Shown: piece by piece, positions 9,411 to 18,948 of the stretch
How the letters are laid out: every line of letters starts with the position of its first letter
Numbering within the stretch: position 1 is the first letter of the stretch
Origin: Alphaproteobacteria bacterium
Lineage (GTDB): Bacteria > Pseudomonadota > Alphaproteobacteria > UBA2966
Assembly (NCBI GenBank): GCA_964291395.2
Contig: OZ219856.1
Span: 2,464,001 to 2,528,000 of the forward strand
DNA length: 64,000 nucleotides
Reading direction: 5' to 3'
Notes under the pieces: generated by a model
Told to the model about the DNA's origin: nothing
The model's database searches: none
What the model saw: the letters and a program-made list of their open reading frames with translations, nothing else
Program-made: the position numbers and the translations under genes

Positions 9411-11255
9411 ATGGGTTGGTTCAACACGAGAGAGACGATCACCGTCGACGCCGACGTCCTCGTCATCGGCGGCGGTTTCAGCGGCTGCGGCGCTACTTAC
9501 GAGGCCGGCCACTGGGGACGCGACATGAAGGTCGTCGTCGTCGAGAAGGCGAACATCGAGCGCAGCGGCGCGGTCGCCCAGGGCCTCTACGCCATCAACT
9601 GCTACATGGGCATGCACTGGGGCGAGAACCAGCCCGAGGATCACGTCCGCTACGCGCGCAACGACCTCATGGGACTGGTGCGCGAAGACCTCGGCTACGA
9701 CATCGCACGGCACGTCGACGCCACCGTGCACAAGTTCGACGAGTGGGGCCTGCCGATGATGCGAGACCCCGAGACCGGCCGCTACCAGCGCGAAGGCAAG
9801 TGGCAGATCATGATTCACGGCGAGAGCTACAAGCCGATCATCGCCGAGGCTGCCCAGAAGTCGGCGGACGAGACCTACAACCGGATCATGGTGACGCACC
9901 TGCTGACCGACAAGAAGAACCCCAACCGGGTCGCCGGGGCCGTGGGCTTCAGCGTCCGTAGCGGGGACTTCTACGTCTTCCGGGCCAAGGCGGTGGTCAT
10001 TACCGCGGGCGGCGCCTCCCACATCTTCCGGCCGCGCGCCGTCGGCGAGGGCATGGGACGCACTTGGTACGCCCCCTGGAGTAGCGCTTCGGCCTACGGC
10101 CTGCCGATCCCCATCGGTGCCAAGATGACGCAGATGGAGAACCGCATCGTGCTGGCCCGCTTCAAGGACGGTTACGGTCCGGTCGGCGCTTATTTCCTAC
10201 ACCTCAAGACCTATACCAAGAACGCCTACGACGAAGAGTACGAGTCGAAGTGGTACGACGAGATCAAGGGGATGGTCGGCGACTACATCGACAGGGAACC
10301 GGTGCCGACCTGCCTGCGCAACCACGCTATGCTGCGAGAGATGATGGCCGGCCGCGGCCCCATCTACATGGAGACACGCGAGGCCTTTCAGGACCCGCAC
10401 AAGGAACAGGTCGGCTGGGAAAACTTCCTCGGCATGACCATCGGCCAGGCGGTCGTCTGGGCTTCCCAGAACATCGACCCCAAGGAGCGCATGTCCGAGC
10501 TCACCACCTCCGAGCCCTACGTCATGGGCTCCCACGCCACGTGCTCCGGCGCCTGGACCAGCGGTCCCGACGACTACGCGCCATCGGACTACCGCTGGGG
10601 CTACAACCGCATGATGACGGTCGAGGGCCTGTTCGCCGCCGGCGACGCCTGCGGCGGCACCGCCCACAAGTTCTCGTCCGGCTCCTTCACCGAGGGCCGC
10701 GTCGCCGGCAAGGCGGCGGTCAACTACATCAGGGACCTCGGCGAGACGCCCCAGGTGGACAACGCCGAGGTCGAGAAGCTCAAGACCACGGTCTACCAGC
10801 CCATGGAGCTCTACCAAGTGGGCCGAAATGAGATCGTCGCCGGCACCGTCTCGCCGAGCTACATCTCGCCGTTGCAGGGCCTTCAGCGCCTCGAGAAGAT
10901 CATGGACGAGTACTGCGGCGGCATCGCCACCCAGTACATGACCAACGAGCCCATGCTCGACCGCGGGCTCGAGCTCCTGGGGATGCTGCATGAGGATCTC
11001 GATCGCATTGGCGCCGAAGACCTGCACCAGTTGCAGCGGACCTGGGAATTGCACCACCGCGTCTGGGCCTCCGAATCGGTGACCCACCACACGAAGTTCC
11101 GCGAGGAGACGCGCTGGCCCGGCTACTACTACCGCGGCGACCACCCCAAGCTCGACGACGGCGACTGGCACGTCTTCACGCTCGGCCGGTACAACCCCGA
11201 CTCGGGGGACTGGGAGATGGAGAAAGCGCCGGTGCATCACCTCATCGACGACTGA
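9411..11255 (+). CDS. aprA: Adenylylsulfate reductase alpha subunit (FAD)
   Basis: RSGAVAQGLYAINCY, WQIMIHGESYK, HKFSSGS, REETRWPGYYYR. Confidence 0.97.
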   Translation: MGWFNTRETITVDADVLVIGGGFSGCGATYEAGHWGRDMKVVVVEKANIERSGAVAQGLYAINCYMGMHWGENQPEDHVRYARNDLMGLVREDLGYDIARHVDATVHKFDEWGLPMMRDPETGRYQREGKWQIMIHGESYKPIIAEAAQKSADETYNRIMVTHLLTDKKNPNRVAGAVGFSVRSGDFYVFRAKAVVITAGGASHIFRPRAVGEGMGRTWYAPWSSASAYGLPIPIGAKMTQMENRIVLARFKDGYGPVGAYFLHLKTYTKNAYDEEYESKWYDEIKGMVGDYIDREPVPTCLRNHAMLREMMAGRGPIYMETREAFQDPHKEQVGWENFLGMTIGQAVVWASQNIDPKERMSELTTSEPYVMGSHATCSGAWTSGPDDYAPSDYRWGYNRMMTVEGLFAAGDACGGTAHKFSSGSFTEGRVAGKAAVNYIRDLGETPQVDNAEVEKLKTTVYQPMELYQVGRNEIVAGTVSPSYISPLQGLQRLEKIMDEYCGGIATQYMTNEPMLDRGLELLGMLHEDLDRIGAEDLHQLQRTWELHHRVWASESVTHHTKFREETRWPGYYYRGDHPKLDDGDWHVFTLGRYNPDSGDWEMEKAPVHHLIDD

Positions 11256-11618
11256 TCTGGACCGGCAGTCGAGAGATCAGCCGCTGGCGAGACCTGCCGG
11301 GGAACAGCCTCAACGGGCTCGGACGACGGTGCGCGATGAGGCCTTGAGCCCATCGTACGCGGCGCTGAATGGGCTGACGCGGGGCTAAGCCGTGGCCTGA
11401 TACGCGCCGCAGGCCGCGAATAGCGCTTCCAGAGCGAAACGGCAGTACGAACGGGGTCGAACCCCAAGTCCGACCCGGGCGCCGGGTCGATCGCGGTACA
11501 CCCCTGCTGTCGTGCGTTGCCGCCTTCGGGCACGACCGGTAAGCTTCTTGGGGTACCACCTTTTCCTGATCCGGTCTTCCAAGCAATGACAACGTGCACA
11601 GCGGAGGGACGACAGACG

Positions 11619-12608
11619 ATGAATTCACGACGCAGATTCTTAAGACACAGCCTGATCGCCTTGACGGCCTTGGCACTGGTGAGCGGAGCCTCGGCGGCCC
11701 GGGCGGAGGTCGATACGGTCCGCATCAACTCGGCCGCGTTTCCGATCTCCGCGCCGATCCACGTCGCCCTTCTGCTGAAGCTGTTCGACAAGGCGGGTTT
11801 GAACGTCAAGGTGCAGGACTTCCCGTCCGGCGCCGAGGCGATGGAAGGTTTTCGCGCGGGCCGTGCGGATTTCGTCGTCACCGCGTTCCTGCCGACGTCG
11901 ATTCTCGCTTCACGGGCAGACGTGAGGATCGTGTCCACCCTGGCGGGCGCGGAGAAGGCGCTGATCATCATGTCCGGACCGGACATCAACGGCCCCGCCG
12001 ATCTCAAAGGCAAGAAGATCGGTCTTCTGACCCGGTCCGATTCCGCTTTCCTGCTCGACAGGTATCTCCAGAGCGGCGGTTTGACCTTCGACGACGTCGA
12101 GCTTCTCAACCTGACCCCCAGCGACCAGATGGCAGCGCTGAAGAACGGCGACGTGGCGGCCGTGGCCGTGTGGCAGCCGTTCGGGCTTATGAGAGACCGC
12201 CTGTTCCCGGACCAGGAGATCAAGGTCCTGGCCGATCAGAGCACCGTGAACATGGGGCGGATCTGGTCCTCGTTCATCGCCGAGACGAAATTCATCGAGG
12301 AGAATCCGGAGACGACGCGCAAGGTCTTGGGCGTGCTGCAGGAAGCCAAGGAGTGGATCGACAATGCCTCCGAAGCGGAGCAGACGGAGCTTCTGGCGGG
12401 CTACTACCGCCTCAAGGAACCGCTGTTCAAGGCGTACTTTCCCATGTGGAAGCCGCGGCTCAATCTCACCGACGAGGTCGCGGGAGAGATGTCCACCATG
12501 ATGAACTGGGCGCTGAAGCAGGGGATCATCGAGAAATCCGTCGATTTCAAATCCATATTCGCAACGGATGTTCTCGGGTCGATCAATCCGGGCCTCCTGT
12601 CGGAATAG
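11619..12608 (+). CDS. Sulfonate/nitrate/taurine-type ABC substrate-binding protein (SsuA/NMT1-like)
   Basis: Tat-like signal SRRRFLR; ADLKGKKIG and G.VAAVAVWQP motifs. Confidence 0.8.
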   Translation: MNSRRRFLRHSLIALTALALVSGASAARAEVDTVRINSAAFPISAPIHVALLLKLFDKAGLNVKVQDFPSGAEAMEGFRAGRADFVVTAFLPTSILASRADVRIVSTLAGAEKALIIMSGPDINGPADLKGKKIGLLTRSDSAFLLDRYLQSGGLTFDDVELLNLTPSDQMAALKNGDVAAVAVWQPFGLMRDRLFPDQEIKVLADQSTVNMGRIWSSFIAETKFIEENPETTRKVLGVLQEAKEWIDNASEAEQTELLAGYYRLKEPLFKAYFPMWKPRLNLTDEVAGEMSTMMNWALKQGIIEKSVDFKSIFATDVLGSINPGLLSE

Positions 12609-12745
12609 CGCTCCCGCGCGCAAGCCGGCCGCGGATGCCGTCGGAGAGCCGGCGCCCGCGGCGGGTACCACCTCGGGTCCATGCCCGCGCTGACAGATGA
12701 CCCGGGCCGTGGCCGGCGCCGGCGCACTGGCCGGGGGTCCGGGCT

Positions 12746-13501
12746 GTGTTGAGGCTGTCCGCCGCCAGCAAGCGGTTTCACGATGACGGGCCCTGGGTCC
12801 TGAAGGACATCGAACTCACTATCCCGGAAAGCAGCTTCTTCTGCCTGCTGGGGCCGAGCGGATGCGGCAAGTCGACCATCCTCAACATGATCGCGGGCTT
12901 CGAAGCCGCCAATTCCGGAACCATCGTGCACCGGAACCGGCCCATCGTCGCGCCGGGGCCGGACCGTTTCGTGATTTTCCAGGAGGCGGGCACGGCGCTC
13001 TTCTCGTGGCTCAACGTGCGTGAGAACATAGAGTTCGGTATGAGGGTGCAGGGGCGGCAGCGGGCGGAGCGCGATCCGGTCGTGGATCGTTACCTGTCCA
13101 TGGTGGGCCTCTCCGATCACGGCAGCAAGTTTCCCGACGAGCTTTCCGGCGGCATGAAACAGCGCCTGCAACTCGCGCGGGCGTTGGCCCTCGAACCCGA
13201 AATCCTGTTGATGGACGAACCGTTCGGCGCACTCGACGCGATCACGCGGCGGCGGCTTCAGCATGCCGTGCGGAGCATATGGCGGGAGACCGGGAGCACC
13301 GTCATCTTCGTCACCCATGACATTGAGGAGGCCATCTTTCTCGGCACACACATCGCGGTGATGACGGCGGGACCCGGAGCCACGATCAAGAGCCAGATGC
13401 CATGCGAGGTTTCCGAGCCGCGCGATCCTTCCAATCCCGAATTCGGGGGTTTCTACAAGTCGATCGAGGAACTCATACGCGAAGAAATAGGTGACGAATG
13501 A
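12746..13501 (+). CDS. Sulfonate/nitrate-type ABC ATP-binding protein
   Basis: GPSGCGKST, LSGGMKQRLQLARAL, MDEPFGALDAITR. Confidence 0.9.
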   Translation: MLRLSAASKRFHDDGPWVLKDIELTIPESSFFCLLGPSGCGKSTILNMIAGFEAANSGTIVHRNRPIVAPGPDRFVIFQEAGTALFSWLNVRENIEFGMRVQGRQRAERDPVVDRYLSMVGLSDHGSKFPDELSGGMKQRLQLARALALEPEILLMDEPFGALDAITRRRLQHAVRSIWRETGSTVIFVTHDIEEAIFLGTHIAVMTAGPGATIKSQMPCEVSEPRDPSNPEFGGFYKSIEELIREEIGDE

Positions 13502-14259
13502 GAGCCGCCGCCGTTCGCACGCTCTCCCTGCTGCTGTTGCTGGCGCTCTGGGAGTCGGCAGGTCGCTTGTGGCTCGATCCGCTGCTGCTGCCGCCGCCGA
13601 GCGGCGTCGCCGCACGCGCCTGGGACCTGTCGGCTACCGGGGAATTGTGGACCCATATCGCGGCGAGTCTGGGACGTGTGATCATCGGCTATGCCGCCGG
13701 CTCGGCCATCGGCATCGTTCTCGGGTGCTTCGTCGGCGCCGTGCCCGTCATGCGTGATTTCTTCTCCTTGCCGATTCGCTTCTTCCGCTCGGTGAACCCG
13801 CTGGCCCTGGTGCCGCTCATGATCCTGTGGTTCGGCGTCGGCGAGCTCTCCAAGGTCATTCTCATCGCCTACCTGGTGACGATCGTCGTCCTCTACAACA
13901 CGGCGCTCGGAATCGAGACCATCCCGGCGGACCGTATCCGCGCGGGAAGATGCTTCGGCCTCACGGGGATCGCCCTGTTCGTCCGCGTCATCGTGCCTGC
14001 CGCCGCTCCCGGCATCCTGACGGGACTGCGCCTCGGCGTAGGGTTCGCGGTCCTGGTGGTGATCGGCGCGGAAATGGTCGGCGCGTCGGAAGGCATCGGC
14101 TATTTCATACTGTTGGGCCGCCAGTACGTCGCGATCGACGACATCTTCGTAGGCCTCCTGAGCCTCGGCGTGATGGGAGTCCTGTTGAACCAGGTATTCC
14201 TGCTGATCAGGAACCGTCTGTTGCGGCGCTATGTCCGCACGATCCTCCACCGGGGTTAG
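13498..14259 (+). CDS. ABC permease (SsuC/TauC-like) 1
   Basis: ASLGRV, PLMILWFGVGE, AEMVGASEGIG. Confidence 0.9.
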   Translation: MRAAAVRTLSLLLLLALWESAGRLWLDPLLLPPPSGVAARAWDLSATGELWTHIAASLGRVIIGYAAGSAIGIVLGCFVGAVPVMRDFFSLPIRFFRSVNPLALVPLMILWFGVGELSKVILIAYLVTIVVLYNTALGIETIPADRIRAGRCFGLTGIALFVRVIVPAAAPGILTGLRLGVGFAVLVVIGAEMVGASEGIGYFILLGRQYVAIDDIFVGLLSLGVMGVLLNQVFLLIRNRLLRRYVRTILHRG

Positions 14260-14264
14260 GCCAA

Positions 14265-15029
14265 ATGCCACCGCCGCGGATCTCCAAACGCGCCATGCGA
14301 CAGGTCCTGTCCATCGTCATTCTGATTGTTTCGTGGCAGCTCGTATCGTGGCTTGCGGACGACCGTGCGCTCGTGCCACCGGTGCAAGACCTGCTGGCCA
14401 AGCTGTTCGACATGACGGCGAGTTTCGAGTTGTTCGTCCACGGACTGGACAGCCTGCGCCGCGTCCTTGTCGCCTTCGCGCTCGGCGCGTCGGGCGGCGT
14501 GATCCTGGGCCTCGCGGCGGGTGCCATTCGCCCGCTTTGGACGTTCCTCGAAGTTCCCCTGGATTTCATACGGTCGATCCCCCCGATCGGGTTCGTGCCG
14601 CTGGCCATCGCGTGGTTCGGGATCGGCGAGTTTTCCAAATACCTCGTGATCGCCTACCTCACCGTGATCGTGGTCGCCTTCGGCACGGTCTCGGGGATTC
14701 GCCAGGTGGACCCGACACGGATCCGTGCCGCGCGGTGCATGGGTCTGTCCGGCTGGCGGCTTTTCCGGCACGTCGTCATCCCGTCGGCCAGCCGCGGCAT
14801 CATCGGTTCCCTACACCTGTCATTGGGGCTGTCGTTCATCTCGCTCGTAGCCGTGGAGATCGTCGGCTCCACCAGCGGCCTTGGTTTCATCATCATGGAC
14901 AGCCGGCTGCTGCTTCAGACCGACCGCATGATCGTCTCGATCATCACCATCGGCGTGCTGGGCATCCTCACCGTGCTGATCTTCGGCCTGTTGCTGCGCC
15001 TGCTGGGCCTCACCCGGTTCACGCGGTGA
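14265..15029 (+). CDS. ABC permease (SsuC/TauC-like) 2
   Basis: DSLRRV, IPPIGFVPLAIAWFGIGE, EIVGSTSGLG. Confidence 0.9.
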   Translation: MPPPRISKRAMRQVLSIVILIVSWQLVSWLADDRALVPPVQDLLAKLFDMTASFELFVHGLDSLRRVLVAFALGASGGVILGLAAGAIRPLWTFLEVPLDFIRSIPPIGFVPLAIAWFGIGEFSKYLVIAYLTVIVVAFGTVSGIRQVDPTRIRAARCMGLSGWRLFRHVVIPSASRGIIGSLHLSLGLSFISLVAVEIVGSTSGLGFIIMDSRLLLQTDRMIVSIITIGVLGILTVLIFGLLLRLLGLTRFTR

Positions 15030-15153
15030 CGCGCGACGGGTATTCCCACCGGCCGGCCCGCGTCCGACGGCGATGGAGCGGACGTGCCGATGCGGGTATA
15101 GTTTCGTCCTCATCCTTGTCGCATCCCGGGTTTCCGCCAACCGCAACGCACCG

Positions 15154-16581
15154 ATGAACTTCGAAGAGTATTCGTCCTACGACGGCCTCGGCCTTGCCGC
15201 CCTCGTGCGCGACGGCGAGGTCGCGCCAGGAGAGCCGCTCAAGGCCGCCATCGGGCGAATCGAGGAAATCGACCCAGGACTCAACGCCGTGATCCACAAG
15301 ACCTACGAGCGGGCGCGGACGGCCGTCGCGGACGGATTGCCCGATGGGCCCTTTCGGAGCGTGCCGTTCCTTCTCAAGGATCTCGCGGTTTTCTGCAAGG
15401 GGATGCCGACCGCCTTCGGCAGTCGTTTGTTCGTTGATTTCGTACCCGATCACGACAGCACCCTGGTGGAGCGCCAGCGGGCCGCGGGCCTGGTGATCCT
15501 GGGGAAGACCAACACGCCCGAATTCGGCATCTGTGCCGCCACCGAATCCCTGCTGTACGGCGACTGTCTCAATCCGTGGAATCGGTCCCGCTCGCCGGGA
15601 GGGTCGAGCGGCGGAGCCGCGGTGGCCGTCGCGACCGGCATGGTGCCTCTCGCCCACGCGACCGATGCCGGCGGCTCGATCCGCATTCCCGCTGCCAACT
15701 GCGGGCTCTTCGGTCTCAAGCCGACTCGGGGCCGCACGCCTCAGGGACCCGATCTCGGCGAAGGCCTGTGCGGCATGTCGACCGGTCATTGCGTGTCGCG
15801 CTCGGTGCGCGACAGCGCCGCGTTACTGGACGCCACGCACGGTCCGGCCCCCGGGGATCCCTACGCCGCGCCCGCCACAGGGAGCGCCTTTCTCGACGAG
15901 GTCGGCGCCGATCCGGGCACGCTGAAAATCGCCCTCACCACCGAGACTTACGATGGCCGGGCCATCCACCCGGAGTGCGCCGCTGCCGCCGAGGCGGCGG
16001 CCCGCCTGTGCGAGAACTTAGGTCACCGCGTGGAGGTCGCGCGGCCCGACATCGACGTGGCCGCGATGCGTGATGCCTGGCGAGTCATTGCCGCGGCCAA
16101 TCTCTGGGCGGTGATGACGGCGCGATGCCGAGCGCTCGGGCGCGCCCCCCGCCCCGACGATGTGGAACCGATCACCTGGCTTTGGGCGCAGGAAGGCCGG
16201 CGCCGGAGCAGCGCCGACCTGTACGCGGCCATCCAGGGCATGCACCGGGTCGGACGCGCGCTGGGCGAGTTCTTCGAGCGCTACGACGTTCTGTTGAGCA
16301 GCACCATGGCCAGCCCCCCGTTGCCGCTCGGCTTCATGGATACGACCGGCGACGACCTAGATGACTATATCGACCGCCAGCTCCTCGACGAGATCCCGTT
16401 CACGCCGCTCTTCAACGAGAGCGGCGGCGCGGCGATGTCGGTACCGCTGCACTGGACCGAGGACAGCTTGCCGGTGGGGGTTCACTTCGGCGCAGATCTC
16501 GGCGGCGAGGCGCTCCTACTGCGTCTTGCCGGCCAGCTCGAAGAGGCTCGTCCCTGGACACATCGACGACCTCCGACCTGA
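15154..16581 (+). CDS. Amidase signature family enzyme
   Basis: LKDL, PGGSSGGAA, TDAGGSIRIPA (Lys-cisSer-Ser triad region). Confidence 0.9.
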   Translation: MNFEEYSSYDGLGLAALVRDGEVAPGEPLKAAIGRIEEIDPGLNAVIHKTYERARTAVADGLPDGPFRSVPFLLKDLAVFCKGMPTAFGSRLFVDFVPDHDSTLVERQRAAGLVILGKTNTPEFGICAATESLLYGDCLNPWNRSRSPGGSSGGAAVAVATGMVPLAHATDAGGSIRIPAANCGLFGLKPTRGRTPQGPDLGEGLCGMSTGHCVSRSVRDSAALLDATHGPAPGDPYAAPATGSAFLDEVGADPGTLKIALTTETYDGRAIHPECAAAAEAAARLCENLGHRVEVARPDIDVAAMRDAWRVIAAANLWAVMTARCRALGRAPRPDDVEPITWLWAQEGRRRSSADLYAAIQGMHRVGRALGEFFERYDVLLSSTMASPPLPLGFMDTTGDDLDDYIDRQLLDEIPFTPLFNESGGAAMSVPLHWTEDSLPVGVHFGADLGGEALLLRLAGQLEEARPWTHRRPPT

Positions 16582-16690
16582 ATACTAGGTGGCCGCCGGC
16601 ACACCGATCCACGCCATCCTCGACGACTGTGCCGCCCCCTGCTCCCCCATTGGGCATCTCCACGTCATGAGCTAAAATCTTCGTCGCTTC

Positions 16691-16706
16691 ATGCACTAGA
16701 GTGGAG
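16691..16706. promoter_or_regulatory. Possible BzdR/BoxR-type operator
   Basis: ATGCACTAGAGTGGAG contains TGCA-N6-TGGA, one mismatch from TGCA-N6-TGCA, about 35 bp upstream of the aromatic ABC importer. Confidence 0.3.
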
Positions 16707-16739
16707 TGAGGCGCGTCAATACCAGGGGAGGACTCGGAG

Positions 16740-17909
16740 ATGTTCCGACAGTTCATGGGGGTCGCGGCCGCCGCAGCATTGCTGGCAAGCCCTGCCGCCG
16801 CCGAAAATGTGAAGATCGGCTTCGTCACCACGCTGACCACCGGCGCCGGCGTTATCGGTCGCGACATGCGCGATGCAGTCGACCTCGGCCTCGACCACAT
16901 CGGCCACAAGATGGCTGGCCTCGATGTCGAGGTGATCTACGAGGACGACGGTTTCAAGCCGGAGATCGGCAAGCAGAAGACCGAGAAACTGGTCCAGAAG
17001 GACAAGGTGAACTTCGTCGCGGGCTACATCTGGAGCCACGTGCTGCTCGCCTCCTATAAGACCGTAGTCAACGCCGACACGTTCCTGATCAGCTCCAACG
17101 CCGGCCCCTCGCAGCTCGCCGGCAAGCTCTGCAACGAGAACTTCTTCTCGACCTCGTGGCAGAACGACCAGACGCCGATGGCCATGGGCGAGGTACTGAA
17201 CCAGCGCGGCATCAAGTCGCTCTACGTCATGTCGCCCAACTACGCCGCCGGCAAGAACATGGTGGCCGGCGTCGAGCGCACCTACAAAGGCGAGATCGTC
17301 GCCAAGGACCTGACCAAGTTCCCGGATCAGCTCGATTTCTCGGCCGAACTGGCCAAGGTCCGAGCGGCCAAGCCGGACGCGCTCTTCGTCTTCTATCCCG
17401 GCAAGCACGGCACCCAGTTCTTCAAGCAGCATCAGCAATCGGGCCTCAAGGGGAACGTGCCGCTCTATTCGGTGTTCACAGTGGATTCGATGAACCTGCC
17501 GCTCCTGAAGGACCAAGCCGAGGGCAGCTTGATGACCCAGTTCTGGGCGCCGGACCTCGATACCGCGGCCAACAAGCGGTTTGTCTCGGGGTACCGCGAG
17601 AAGTACGGGCGCTATCCCTCCTTCTACGCAGCCCAGAGCTACGACACGGTGTTCCTGATCAAGAGTGCCGTCGAGGCCGTCAGCGGCGACCTCGGCAACC
17701 GTGACGGCATGCGCGCCGCCATGCGCAAGGCGAACTTCGAATCGGTGCGGGGCCCGTACAAGTACGGCAACAATCACTTCCCGATTCAGAACTTCTACCT
17801 GCGCCACGTGGTGAAGGACGCGGATGGGAACTTCACGACCAAGATCCTCTCGACGGTCCTCGAGGACCACCAGGACAGCTACGCCAAGGACTGCAAGATG
17901 TCCTGGTAG
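16740..17909 (+). CDS. Liv-type ABC substrate-binding protein, probably for aromatic acids
   Basis: Signal peptide; DDGFKPE, SNAGPSQLAG, QNDQ, YAAQSYD motifs typical of benzoate-type binding proteins; lies upstream of hcr. Confidence 0.85.
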   Translation: MFRQFMGVAAAAALLASPAAAENVKIGFVTTLTTGAGVIGRDMRDAVDLGLDHIGHKMAGLDVEVIYEDDGFKPEIGKQKTEKLVQKDKVNFVAGYIWSHVLLASYKTVVNADTFLISSNAGPSQLAGKLCNENFFSTSWQNDQTPMAMGEVLNQRGIKSLYVMSPNYAAGKNMVAGVERTYKGEIVAKDLTKFPDQLDFSAELAKVRAAKPDALFVFYPGKHGTQFFKQHQQSGLKGNVPLYSVFTVDSMNLPLLKDQAEGSLMTQFWAPDLDTAANKRFVSGYREKYGRYPSFYAAQSYDTVFLIKSAVEAVSGDLGNRDGMRAAMRKANFESVRGPYKYGNNHFPIQNFYLRHVVKDADGNFTTKILSTVLEDHQDSYAKDCKMSW

Positions 17910-18021
17910 GGGCATTCGCTCCGAGAACTGCGGGGGCGCCGCCGCGCGCCCCCATTCTCTTGACGGAGAGGCACGCGCGGGGCGAATGGCCGCATCCGGC
18001 GAGACCATGCCATAGTCCCCC

Positions 18022-18945
18022 ATGGACTGGATCCTCCTCCTCGAGCAGTGCCTGAACGGCCTGCAGCTCGGCATACTGCTGTTCCTGCTGGCGGCCGGGC
18101 TGACGTTGGTGTTCGGCATCATGGACCTCGTCAACCTGGCGCACGGCTCGCTCTACATGATGGGCGCTTATTTCGCGACCACCTTCGCCAGCTGGACCGG
18201 CTCGTTCCTGCTCGGCGCGCTGCTCGCGCTGCCGGCGGCGCTGTTGCTCGGCATCGTCGTCGAGGTCGTGGCGCTTCGCACGCTCTACTCCCGGGACCAC
18301 CTCGACCAGGTCCTCGCCACCTTCGGGCTCATCCTCTTCTTCAACGAGCTCGCACGCATCGTCTGGGGCCCGGCGGGTCTCGACCTGCCGCTCCCGGCCT
18401 TCCTCGAGACGAGCGTCGAGCTCCTGCCCGGCGTCCCCTACCCCACCTACCGCATCGCCATCATCGTCACCGGCCTCCTCGTCGCCGGCGGCATGTATGC
18501 GCTCGTGAACCACACGCGCATCGGCATGCTGATCCGTGCCGGTGCCTCGAACCGCGGGATGGTGAGCGCGCTCGGCGTCAACATTCGGCTCCTCTATACG
18601 CTCGTGTTCGGCCTGGGTACCGTGCTCGCGGCGCTCGCCGGCCTGATGGCGGCACCTATCCTCACCGTGCAGATCGGCATGGGCGAGACCATCCTGATCC
18701 TAGCCTTCGTGGTCATCGTCATCGGCGGCATCGGTTCGATCCGCGGCGCTTTCGTCGCCGCCATCCTGGTGGGCCTGATCGACACCGTCGGGCGGGCCTT
18801 CCTCGCCGACTTCCTGCGCCTCTTTCTCACGAACCAAGTGGCCGAGACGGCCGGGCCCGCCATGTCGTCGATGCTGATCTACATCCTCATGGCGGTCGTC
18901 CTGGCCACTCGGCCCCGGGGCCTGTTCCCGCCGCGGGGGCATTGA
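18022..18945 (+). CDS. ABC permease LivH-like
   Basis: GLTLVFGIMDLVNLAHG, VIGGIGSIRGAF. Confidence 0.9.
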   Translation: MDWILLLEQCLNGLQLGILLFLLAAGLTLVFGIMDLVNLAHGSLYMMGAYFATTFASWTGSFLLGALLALPAALLLGIVVEVVALRTLYSRDHLDQVLATFGLILFFNELARIVWGPAGLDLPLPAFLETSVELLPGVPYPTYRIAIIVTGLLVAGGMYALVNHTRIGMLIRAGASNRGMVSALGVNIRLLYTLVFGLGTVLAALAGLMAAPILTVQIGMGETILILAFVVIVIGGIGSIRGAFVAAILVGLIDTVGRAFLADFLRLFLTNQVAETAGPAMSSMLIYILMAVVLATRPRGLFPPRGH

Positions 18946-18948
18946 GTC

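Noticed and set aside
6583-11255. Dissimilatory sulfate reduction
   Set aside because: AprM-anchored Apr is the oxidative type; no qmo or dsr genes in the window
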